A DNA stretch of 63,501 nt. It comes from an uncultured Bacilli bacterium. Its GTDB lineage: Bacteria; Bacillota_I; Bacilli_A; RF39; UBA660. Shown one piece after another: positions 55,809-63,501 of the stretch (position 1 is the first letter of the stretch; the number at the start of each line of letters is the position of its first letter). A program made the position numbers and the translations under genes. Below the pieces are notes generated by a model. That model worked only from the letters and a program-made list of their open reading frames with translations. It did not search any database and was not told the DNA's origin. The stretch lies in NCBI GenBank assembly GCA_947632345.1, contig CANROW010000002.1:1-63501 (forward strand), written 5' to 3'.

Positions 55809-56067
55809 AATTTTAAAAAAATTTTTAATTAAATATGCTGTATGTTTGTACATCTAGTTAATAGATAGCTTACTTATGTGTTGCTTGATAATCGTAGTTT
55901 TAGTTACAGTTTCCTTCAAGCTAATAAAAACTATTCTAAATATAATAATTATTTTTGAAAGGCAACATAATATCAATTATAGGAAGTTAATCCGAGTTAA
56001 ATTACTCATATATTTAATTATAATAATATTAGGATATCAAAATAAATAAAAGATATAGATAGAAATA

Positions 56068-56094
56068 AAAATAAGACTTTTGAAGTCTTATTTT
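56068..56094. terminator. Orphan strong hairpin in the intergenic region (bidirectional-terminator-like)
   Basis: AAAATAAGACTT-ttg-AAGTCTTATTTT forms a 12-bp stem. No annotated gene ends here. Confidence 0.4.
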
Positions 56095-56264
56095 GAGTGA
56101 ATAAATCATATACTTACAAAGCTTAATCAGTTTAACCTAAACATATAGATTATATGAAAAAGTCTTCCAGTTAGTACCTGGAAAAGGACAACATGAATAA
56201 CCTATTTTCATAATGAGCAAGGAAGAGTAATATTTCACTCCTCTCTTTATGTAATCATATTATA

Positions 56265-56291
56265 TAAAAAAGATATCAATACTGATATCTT
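56265..56291 (-). terminator. Rho-independent terminator of the minus-strand HTH gene
   Basis: On the minus strand, AAGATATCA-gtat-TGATATCTT is followed by a T5 run. Confidence 0.6.
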
Positions 56292-56295
56292 ATAT

Positions 56296-57063
56296 TTACA
56301 CTTTTCTTGATTGTATTTCAGCTATTTTTTCTAGTACTTCTTTAGCATTTTCTTCATTTATTTCAGTGTATCCCAACTCTCTTAATGCTTGAACTTTTGC
56401 TGTATTTAATTCCTGTGTTCTGCTTAGTTTTTCTTCATTTTTATGTTCAATGTCTTGAACAAAACGTTTATGTGATTCAGCTAGTTTTGATTTAGAAGCT
56501 CCACCATTGTTATATAGCGTTAGTCCAGAGAAAAGAATACTTTCAAAAATGAACTGCTGTTCTTGATTAAATACAAACTCCATTGGGTCAGTGAAACCCA
56601 TTGCTTTTGACATATATGCTAGAATGTATTTAAGCTCTTTAGAAGTTTCCATAGATTTTAAATAATGATATAGATAAACATAAGAATTGTATGTATCCTT
56701 AGTTTGGTCTTCTTGCAACTTTTCTTTTAATAAATTAATGATATCAGCTAAAAGATCTTGCTCTTTTTTATTAAATCCTTTTAAATCAGCTATTATTTCT
56801 TTATCAGAGGAATCCTTTACACCATCGTTTAAACGACCTTCAACTTCAATAATGTAACTTCCCTCAATTTTAATATCATTCAATTCTTCTTCGGATTTAA
56901 TGTTTAAAAGGCTCATCAATTTAGTAGACTTTTCTTTTGGCCATTCCTTTAAACTAGGTAAAGCTAGGTAATTGTATAGCATTTGACGAGAAACACCTAA
57001 ATACTTTGCTAATCTTACTTTGGATATTCCTAATTCATTTAATATATTATTTAATTTCTCCAT
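56296..57063 (-). CDS. HTH (XRE-like) domain protein with uncharacterised C-terminal domain
   Basis: The N-terminus LNNILNELGISKVRLAKYLGVSRQMLYNY is a helix-turn-helix. ATG 57063 follows GGAGGGTAGAAGT. Confidence 0.65.
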   Translation of the reverse strand: MEKLNNILNELGISKVRLAKYLGVSRQMLYNYLALPSLKEWPKEKSTKLMSLLNIKSEEELNDIKIEGSYIIEVEGRLNDGVKDSSDKEIIADLKGFNKKEQDLLADIINLLKEKLQEDQTKDTYNSYVYLYHYLKSMETSKELKYILAYMSKAMGFTDPMEFVFNQEQQFIFESILFSGLTLYNNGGASKSKLAESHKRFVQDIEHKNEEKLSRTQELNTAKVQALRELGYTEINEENAKEVLEKIAEIQSRKV

Positions 57064-57140
57064 ACTTCTACCCTCCATAATTTAATTTTATCATTTTATT
57101 TGACATTGTCAAGTGTAAAGTATAAAAAATTGTTTAAAGA

Positions 57141-58250
57141 CTATAACAAATACCAGAGTTTTTTATTATGCTTTCGTACTTCTTTTATTATACCGCCACC
57201 AAGGCACCTTTCACCAAGATAAAAGACACATGCTTGTCCTGGTGTAACTGACTTAATATTATCATATCTTACCAATAGTTCACCGTTATCTAAATATTCA
57301 ATTTTTACTGGATAATCACTTGCACGATATCTAAATTTTGCAGTACATTCAGTAGGCCTTTCTTCACCATTAAAATTGACCATTTCTACAATGCAACTAT
57401 CAGATAATAAATATTCATTGTCTTCACCTAATGCCACATATAAAATGTTTCTTTCAAGACTTTTTCCTACAACAAACATTCTATTCTCATAACCACCTAT
57501 ATCAAGACCTCTTCTCTGCCCAATCGTATAATACATCAATCCAATATGTTTACCTAATACTTCGTTATTATCAATGTTTACGATATCTCCTGGAAGATTT
57601 GGTAGATAATTTTTTAGAAAATTTTTAAAGTTTCTTTCGCCTATGAAACATATTCCAGTGGAGTCCTTTTTATTAGCAGTGGTTAAATTGTGTTCATTTG
57701 CGATTCTACGAACTTCACTCTTATCAATATCACCAAGTGGGAATAATACATCTTTTAATTGATCGGCACTCAATTGTGATAAAAAATATGTTTGATCTTT
57801 ATTAGTATCTTTACTACGACATAATTTACCATCTTTCATTTTAGCATAGTGCCCTGTAGCTATATAATCTGCACCAAGTCGTCTAGCTTCTCGAATAAAA
57901 AAATCAAATTTTATATATTTATTGCACATTATATCAGGGTTAGGAGTTCTTCCTTTTTTTAGTTCATCCAAAAAATATGTAAATACATAATCCCAATATT
58001 CTTTGACGAAATCAATACGATGAAGAGGTATCCCAATTTCTTTACATACTTTTAAAGCATCATTATAATCTTGCTCTTGCGGACATATATTTTCATTTAG
58101 AGTTGGATTACCTAAAATATCATTATTGATGGCAGCATCCCAATTACGCATAAAAAGCCCTTCTACATCATATCCTTGTTCTTTTAGAAGAATAGCTGCA
58201 ACTGAAGAGTCTACTCCCCCACTCATACCAATAATAACCTTTTTACCCAT
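57141..58250 (-). CDS. mnmA: tRNA 2-thiouridine(34) synthase MnmA
   Basis: PP-loop IGMSGGVDSSVAA. Also NPDIMCN, ATGHYA and GICFIG. Confidence 0.95.
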   Translation of the reverse strand: MGKKVIIGMSGGVDSSVAAILLKEQGYDVEGLFMRNWDAAINNDILGNPTLNENICPQEQDYNDALKVCKEIGIPLHRIDFVKEYWDYVFTYFLDELKKGRTPNPDIMCNKYIKFDFFIREARRLGADYIATGHYAKMKDGKLCRSKDTNKDQTYFLSQLSADQLKDVLFPLGDIDKSEVRRIANEHNLTTANKKDSTGICFIGERNFKNFLKNYLPNLPGDIVNIDNNEVLGKHIGLMYYTIGQRRGLDIGGYENRMFVVGKSLERNILYVALGEDNEYLLSDSCIVEMVNFNGEERPTECTAKFRYRASDYPVKIEYLDNGELLVRYDNIKSVTPGQACVFYLGERCLGGGIIKEVRKHNKKLWYLL

Positions 58251-58320
58251 AATAAATCACCTAGGCATATTATACAACAATATATAAAAAAACAAAAGAT
58301 GATAAATCTTTTGTTCTAAT

Positions 58321-58437
58321 CTACAGCCTAGTAGTTAATTCAATTATTATGAGAAATGGTAATGCCAATATAATTAGTACAATAGCAATTAAAGTCGATA
58401 AAAATCCTCCGCTTTGTTTTTTATAATATCTTCTCAT
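58321..58437 (-). CDS. Possible 38-aa small membrane peptide (unannotated)
   Basis: Sequence MRRYYKKQSGGFLSTLIAIVLIILALPFLIIIELTTRL. It starts 3 nt after the NUDIX stop. The SD sequence is weak, so this is low confidence. Confidence 0.3.
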   Translation of the reverse strand: MRRYYKKQSGGFLSTLIAIVLIILALPFLIIIELTTRL

Positions 58438-58440
58438 AAT

Positions 58441-58881
58441 CTACTTTATATTATATCCTAATTTTTCTAAACTATATTTAGCAAATGGTGAAAGTTCAGC
58501 GCCTTTTAATTTATCTATTTCATACCAGTTAGCACCTTCTGAATCTAATCCGTCAGCATCCATTTTTAAATCACCATCATACTCTTCTACTCTATATAAT
58601 ATTCCAATGTGATGCAAATCTTCCCATACGTCATCATGCATATTCCAAGTTATATTAGTTGCTGTGCAATCAAAAAGTTCATATTTTTGTACTACTAAAT
58701 TTGTCTCTTCTATTAATTCACGTTTTAAAGTTTCATTTGGTAGTTCTAAATGTTCTATTCCACCACCAGGTAAGTCTAGTTTACCTTTATATCCGCCTCT
58801 TGCTTTTCTTATCAAAACAATCTTATTATCATTGATTATGATACCATAAGAACCAATATGGTTTTTAACAATAGTTTCCAT
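58441..58881 (-). CDS. NUDIX hydrolase
   Basis: Nudix box GGGIEHLELPNETLKRELIEETNL (GX5EX7REUXEEXGU). ATG 58881 follows GGAGGT. Confidence 0.85.
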   Translation of the reverse strand: METIVKNHIGSYGIIINDNKIVLIRKARGGYKGKLDLPGGGIEHLELPNETLKRELIEETNLVVQKYELFDCTATNITWNMHDDVWEDLHHIGILYRVEEYDGDLKMDADGLDSEGANWYEIDKLKGAELSPFAKYSLEKLGYNIK

Positions 58882-59140
58882 AAATACCTCCAAAACAATT
58901 ATACATATATTATATTACTTTTATTAGAATAATTAAAGCTATATTTCATACTTTTACTTAACCCAGTAAACTACATAATAAAAGCACCTTTAATGGCGCT
59001 GTTTTTGTATAATAGTCAGAGGATGGAGGTGTATTATCCTTCATCTCTTTTGAGCGAAAATGTTGTGTTGACACATCGTAATTTTTACCTCTCTTATTAA
59101 TATAGTACTATTTTTTATCAAATAACTTTTCTATTTTCCC

Positions 59141-59746
59141 TTATAAAACTAATTTGATTAAGTATTGCATGATGAACACTTCATATAGTGAACATAATAC
59201 GCAACAGATCAAACTGACAATAAAGACTTTTAAATATTGATGACTGATTCTTCGAAAATTAATTATATTTCTCATAAAGAGATGTTTAAATAATCTGTAA
59301 CAGAAATTGCATCCGTGAAAACACATTAACAGCAAGACCGTTAAAAATAATACTTGATGGGGAAATATATATATGAAGGATAAGATTATTCCTTTTAGAC
59401 CAAATGTACCAATGATTGATGAGATAGAAAATCCAATGATAAAACTTTTTAGAAGAACTATTCCTATAATAAATATGAAACCAACTACACTTAATCCTAA
59501 TATAAATATGATAAATACATATAAAAAATTTGAAAATAAAGAATTGAAGAAGCTACTTAAATACTTAATGTTTTCTATTCCATTAAAGAACTCCTGTTGC
59601 GTTTGAATGACCAATTCTTTATTACCATCCGATATTATAAAATAAAAGAAAAAGCCACATATAATGCTTATGAGAATCATACTAATAAAAACTAAATACA
59701 ATTTTTTTTGCTTATTAAGACTATTTTTAATACTATGTAATTTCAT
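59141..59746 (-). CDS. spoIIM: Stage II sporulation protein M-like membrane protein
   Basis: About 200 aa with five TM helices. The size and hydropathy layout match SpoIIM, and the gene neighbours a spoVB-like gene. The start is either 59746 or 59758. Confidence 0.5.
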   Translation of the reverse strand: MKLHSIKNSLNKQKKLYLVFISMILISIICGFFFYFIISDGNKELVIQTQQEFFNGIENIKYLSSFFNSLFSNFLYVFIIFILGLSVVGFIFIIGIVLLKSFIIGFSISSIIGTFGLKGIILSFIYIFPHQVLFLTVLLLMCFHGCNFCYRLFKHLFMRNIINFRRISHQYLKVFIVSLICCVLCSLYEVFIMQYLIKLVL

Positions 59747-59844
59747 TAATATCACCATTAAAATATATTCCTAATTTTTTTAAATATACTATTTTAATTT
59801 ACTTTTTTTATATTTTTTATTATAATTGTAATGAGGTGGAAAAT

Positions 59845-59931
59845 ATGAGTAAAAGGGCGATAAAAATAACATCGATATTATTTCTATTAATAATGATAGG
59901 ATCATTGATTGCAGGATTATTCTTTGTATAA
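59845..59931 (+). CDS. Unannotated 28-aa hydrophobic peptide gene (small membrane protein or type I toxin-like)
   Basis: Sequence MSKRAIKITSILFLLIMIGSLIAGLFFV. A strong SD sequence GAGGTGG lies 7 nt upstream. TATAAT is at 59821-59826. A dedicated terminator lies at 59943-59969. Confidence 0.5.
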   Translation: MSKRAIKITSILFLLIMIGSLIAGLFFV

Positions 59932-59942
59932 AAATGTTATTT

Positions 59943-59969
59943 AAAAAGAAGAGAAAGTCTTCTTTTTTT
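59943..59969 (+). terminator. Rho-independent terminator after the 28-aa ORF
   Basis: AAAAAGAAGA-gaaag-TCTTCTTTTT with a T-run. Confidence 0.55.
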
Positions 59970-59993
59970 CTTTCTCTTACATAAACTTGAATT

Positions 59994-61283
59994 ATGAAAG
60001 AGAAATTTATCATATCAACAATTATTTTAATAATTGGAGGCTTTATAACTAAATTATTGGGTCTCTTTATTAAAGTCATAATGACACGAGTGGTTGGAAT
60101 AGATGGGATCAGTTTATACATGTTAATTTTACCAACTTTTTCTTTGGCTATGACTATTACGCAACTCAGTCTACCTATATCAATATCAAAATTGGTATCA
60201 GAGGATAAATATAATAATAAAAACATTTTATTCTCAACAGTTCCCATTTCAATGATCATAAATATAATAGTCATACTTGTATTAATCTTTTCATCAAAGT
60301 ATTTAGCTGTCAATTTACTTCATGATGAACGTTGTATATATCCGATAATTGCTATTAGTTTAACCCTTCCCTTTATTAGCATGTCCAGTATTATTAGGTC
60401 ATATTTTTTTGGTAAACAGAAAATGTTACCTCATGTTGTTTCCAATATAATTGAACAAATCATTAGAATGATATTAATCATTTTTTTAATACCTAAATTA
60501 ATTACTAAAAATATTGTCAGTGCGGTATGTGGGTTAATCTTAATTAATATCATTAGTGAAACTGTTTCTTTTTTAGTTTTATTTTTATTTCTTCCTAATA
60601 AACTGCATTTGACCAAAAAAGATATTGTTCCAAATAAAAAATATATCAAAGATATATTAAATATTTCTATTCCTAATACTAGTGGGCGCATTATTTCTTC
60701 TATTTTTTATTTTTTTGAACCAATCATTTTAATGTTTATTTTGACAAAGGCTGGTTATAGTCAAGAATTCATTAGCACTGAATATGGCATTATTGAAGGA
60801 TATGTTTTACCACTCATTACACTTCCTAATTTCTTCAGTATTGCGATAAGTAATAGTCTATTACCAACCATATCTAATTATCATGCAAAGGGAGATATTG
60901 CCTCTATTAAACGTAAGTTAAAACAAAGTATCATCATTTCCGGATTTATTGGTTTGATAGTAATTACTCTCCTCTATTGTTTTCCAACTTTCTTTTTAAA
61001 ATTAATATATAACACGACCTATGGGAAAAATTATTTATTATTTTTATTACCGGTATTTATTCTATATTATGTCCAACCTCCGTTAGCAGCTATTTTACAA
61101 GGAATGAATAAATCTAAGACTTTGATGTTTAATGAATTACTTGGTATCATCCTAAAGACTTTAACTATTCTTGTCTTATCTTATTTCCGAATTGGGTTAT
61201 ATGGTCTGATCATTGGCATTATGATAAATATTATTGTTTGTACTATTCTCGATTTTTTTAGCATTAAAAAAAGTATTTATTAA
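59994..61283 (+). CDS. spoVB: SpoVB-like MOP-superfamily flippase (polysaccharide/peptidoglycan lipid-linked precursor export)
   Basis: 429 aa with about 12 TM helices. The N-terminus STIILIIGGFITKLLGLFIKVIMTRVVGIDGISLYMLILP is typical of SpoVB/Wzx-like proteins. It is shorter than the roughly 520-aa Bacillus SpoVB. Confidence 0.6.
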   Translation: MKEKFIISTIILIIGGFITKLLGLFIKVIMTRVVGIDGISLYMLILPTFSLAMTITQLSLPISISKLVSEDKYNNKNILFSTVPISMIINIIVILVLIFSSKYLAVNLLHDERCIYPIIAISLTLPFISMSSIIRSYFFGKQKMLPHVVSNIIEQIIRMILIIFLIPKLITKNIVSAVCGLILINIISETVSFLVLFLFLPNKLHLTKKDIVPNKKYIKDILNISIPNTSGRIISSIFYFFEPIILMFILTKAGYSQEFISTEYGIIEGYVLPLITLPNFFSIAISNSLLPTISNYHAKGDIASIKRKLKQSIIISGFIGLIVITLLYCFPTFFLKLIYNTTYGKNYLLFLLPVFILYYVQPPLAAILQGMNKSKTLMFNELLGIILKTLTILVLSYFRIGLYGLIIGIMINIIVCTILDFFSIKKSIY

Positions 61284-61852
61284 CTTTTTTCTAGAAAAGA
61301 GAAAGCAAAGTTTATAAATACTAAAGCTGGGAACAGAAATAATAATAGCTCGTTGTCAATTTTCATAAGACTATTTAGAATATATTTATCAGCCGGAAAT
61401 GAATAAAGATTTAATTTTAATACAGTATTAGAAAACCAATAAGTAATTATGTTAAAGAAACCTGTTAGGAGACATACTGTATATCCGAGATTGATTTGTC
61501 GATGCTTAAATAATTTTCTTCCAAGTAAGAAAGTATAGACTATATATAAAAGCGAAATTATTAAATATGACACCATTAAAATTGATAAATTCCATATTTC
61601 GGTTGTCAAATATTTTACTGTGCCATCATTGAATGAAACAATATCGTTAATGGATATATTAAAATATCTATATAATAAAATATAAATGAGCAAATAAACA
61701 ATGGTCAATCCACCATAGATTAATAATTCAGTCTTAATTTTTTTGTCCTTTTTTCGCTCAGTTATAATGATATTTTTTAATAATAATGATGGCAATATAA
61801 ACCATAGTGAAAGATTTAAGGCAAAAAATAATGCAAAAGCGAAATAATACAT
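61280..61852 (-). CDS. Hypothetical polytopic membrane protein
   Basis: 190 aa with five or six TM helices. No motif was recognised. Confidence 0.55.
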   Translation of the reverse strand: MYYFAFALFFALNLSLWFILPSLLLKNIIITERKKDKKIKTELLIYGGLTIVYLLIYILLYRYFNISINDIVSFNDGTVKYLTTEIWNLSILMVSYLIISLLYIVYTFLLGRKLFKHRQINLGYTVCLLTGFFNIITYWFSNTVLKLNLYSFPADKYILNSLMKIDNELLLFLFPALVFINFAFSFLEKS

Positions 61853-61978
61853 GAAATCAACCCTTTTCTTCTTTAAATCTATTATAACAAAATTTTTTAT
61901 GACTGACTACTACTGTTTTTATATTTTATGTTTAAACGTTACTAAAAATAAGTTATAATTAATATGGAGATGATGTTT

Positions 61979-63379
61979 ATGGAGCAATATGATGTAATTA
62001 TAGTTGGTGCTGGTCCAGCCGGTTTATTTACAGCATATGAACTTATTACTAAAAATAAAAATTTGAAGATTTTATTATTAGACCAGGGAAAATTTGCGGA
62101 GAACCGTGTTTGCCCTATGAACAAAAATGGTACTAAATGCGCCAATTGTAATCCGTGCCAAATATTATCTGGATATGGTGGTGCTGGGACTTTTTCTGAT
62201 GGTAAACTAAATTTCATACCCAAACTTGGCAAAAGCGATTTGTTTAAATATATGGCAGAAGATGAAGCATATAAAATTATAGATGATACAGAGGAAATTT
62301 TTACAAAATTTCATATGGATAGTGATGTCTATCCTTCTGATATGACAAAAGCAAATGAGATTAAAAAGAAAGTAGCTTTAATGGGAGCTCGCTTGTTGTT
62401 GATTAAGCAGAAACATTTGGGAAGTGATCATTTACCTGATTACATAAAAAATTTCACCCATTTCTTAAAGGAAAATGGTGTTGAAATGTTAGAAAGTGCT
62501 TCGGTTATTGATATTAAAAGCATAAAAAAAGACGAGCATGAAGTAATTGTTAAAATAGGTAAAAAAGAAATGAGTTATAAAGCTAAAAATGTCGTTGTAG
62601 CACCAGGAAGAACAGGAGCTAAATGGGTTCAAGAATTAGCCGATAAATATGGGATATCTTACTTGTCACAAAGTATTGAAATCGGTGTTAGGGTTGAAGT
62701 TAGAAAAGAAATATTAGAAGATTTATGCAGTATCATCTATGATCCAACCATCTTTATTAAGACCGATACATATGGGGATGAAATTAGAACATTTTGTACA
62801 AATCCCGGTGGCTTTGTCGCTAAAGAGAATTATTACGGATACATATGTGTTAATGGGCATTCACTAAAGGATGTTAAATCTAACAATTCCAATTTTGCCT
62901 TTATTAGTAAAGTGCATTTAACTGAGCCCGTGACCAATACTCGTCAATATGGTGAATCAATAGCACGAATTGCGAATGTCTTGGGAGACGGAAAACCTAT
63001 TATTCAGTCTTTAAAGGATTTAAAAAGTGGACGAAGGAGTGAATGGCATCGCATTGAAAAAGGGTATATCACCCCTACTCTTAAAGATTGTGTAGCTGGT
63101 GATTTGGCTTTGGTATTACCACATCGCATTATTACTAATATAATCGAAGGATTAGATAAGCTAAACGAAATAATTCCTGGCGTTAATAATGGGGAAACTC
63201 TTCTCTATGGTCCAGAAATAAAGTTTTTTTCAAATGAGATAATGACAAATAATAAGTTTAAATTAGAAGATTATGATGTATATTTCATTGGTGATGGTGC
63301 TGGAAAAGCCGGCAATATCGTAACAGCTGCTGCAACAGGCCTAATTGCCGCAAGAGATATATTGGTGCGGAATGCCTAA
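61979..63379 (+). CDS. FAD-dependent oxidoreductase (COG2509-type NAD(FAD)-utilizing dehydrogenase)
   Basis: N-terminal dinucleotide-binding motif YDVIIVGAGPAGLF and C-terminal GDGAGKAGNIVTAAATG. Start was moved to ATG 61979, which follows GGAGATGA. Confidence 0.75.
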   Translation: MEQYDVIIVGAGPAGLFTAYELITKNKNLKILLLDQGKFAENRVCPMNKNGTKCANCNPCQILSGYGGAGTFSDGKLNFIPKLGKSDLFKYMAEDEAYKIIDDTEEIFTKFHMDSDVYPSDMTKANEIKKKVALMGARLLLIKQKHLGSDHLPDYIKNFTHFLKENGVEMLESASVIDIKSIKKDEHEVIVKIGKKEMSYKAKNVVVAPGRTGAKWVQELADKYGISYLSQSIEIGVRVEVRKEILEDLCSIIYDPTIFIKTDTYGDEIRTFCTNPGGFVAKENYYGYICVNGHSLKDVKSNNSNFAFISKVHLTEPVTNTRQYGESIARIANVLGDGKPIIQSLKDLKSGRRSEWHRIEKGYITPTLKDCVAGDLALVLPHRIITNIIEGLDKLNEIIPGVNNGETLLYGPEIKFFSNEIMTNNKFKLEDYDVYFIGDGAGKAGNIVTAAATGLIAARDILVRNA

Positions 63380-63501
63380 AATAAATCGATTCTTCATAAT
63401 TAAATACAAAAAAAGAACACTATGTGAACTGCATCCTTTAGAGTAGACATCAAAAAAAAGAACTTAAAAAAAATATGGTAAAATACACTTTCGAAAGGAG
63501 G

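Noticed and set aside
58894-59140. Hairpins and tiny ORFs (11 and 28 codons on the minus strand) in the spoIIM-NUDIX intergenic region, considered as a possible leader peptide or sRNA.
   Set aside because: One hairpin (AGCGCC/GGTGCT plus T-run on the minus strand) is adequately explained as the spoIIM terminator. The small ORFs have weak or absent SD sequences and no distinctive composition.
59789-60313. A 174-aa minus-strand ORF spanning the spoIIM/spoVB intergenic region and the spoVB-like 5' end.
   Set aside because: It overlaps the well-supported spoVB-like start and the small-peptide locus. Its composition is low-complexity (I/K/N/F) and it has no SD sequence. It is most likely spurious.

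Overview
This is a visibly AT-rich Bacillota (Firmicutes) chromosomal segment. It is probably from a spore-forming, very low-GC lineage, because SspI-like, SpoIIM-like and SpoVB-like genes are present. The genetic code is standard: TGA is used as a stop throughout. All calls come from reading motifs in the supplied translations and DNA. No database search was possible. Most of the window is housekeeping: miaA(partial)-rsmE-mtaB, a TrmH-family gene with rimM-trmD...rplS-lepB-rdgB, rbgA-tcdA, the hrcA-grpE-dnaK-(pepF)-dnaJ heat-shock operon with two CIRCE operators, xerD-deoB, mnmA, and two RarA/MgsA paralogs. There is also a cell-envelope block: a GT2/TagF-like fusion, a YfhO-like protein, a DUF4230-like pair, and a 937-aa repeat-rich surface protein. 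Three accessory stretches stand out. (1) 9.2-17.0 kb holds a four-gene cassette wedged between rdgB and the teichoic-acid genes. It encodes a divergent UDG-superfamily (hypoxanthine-DNA-glycosylase-like) protein, an unusually long type III-like Mod methyltransferase, a translationally coupled Res helicase/PD-(D/E)xK nuclease, and a 410-aa helical protein of unknown function. This is my best candidate for an undescribed defence-type system. (2) 34.7-38.4 kb holds a minus-strand operon of three orphan proteins plus a GNAT-like gene. It ends at a tRNA-Thr / SDR / tRNA-Met module bracketed by a perfect 27-nt inverted repeat. (3) 39.7-41.3 kb, immediately after tRNA-Met, holds an Abi_2 (AbiD/F-like) gene with an unknown partner. 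Smaller observations are: a decayed duplicate of the rbgA 5' end that delimits a 1.4-kb insertion (queuosine-salvage gene plus a Bro-N-like pseudogene); tandem hairpin repeats in a 630-bp non-coding gap; two unannotated small hydrophobic peptide genes; a Cys/His-rich GrpE N-terminus; and pepF inserted between dnaK and dnaJ. No CRISPR array, rRNA gene, transposase or integrase-bearing prophage was seen.
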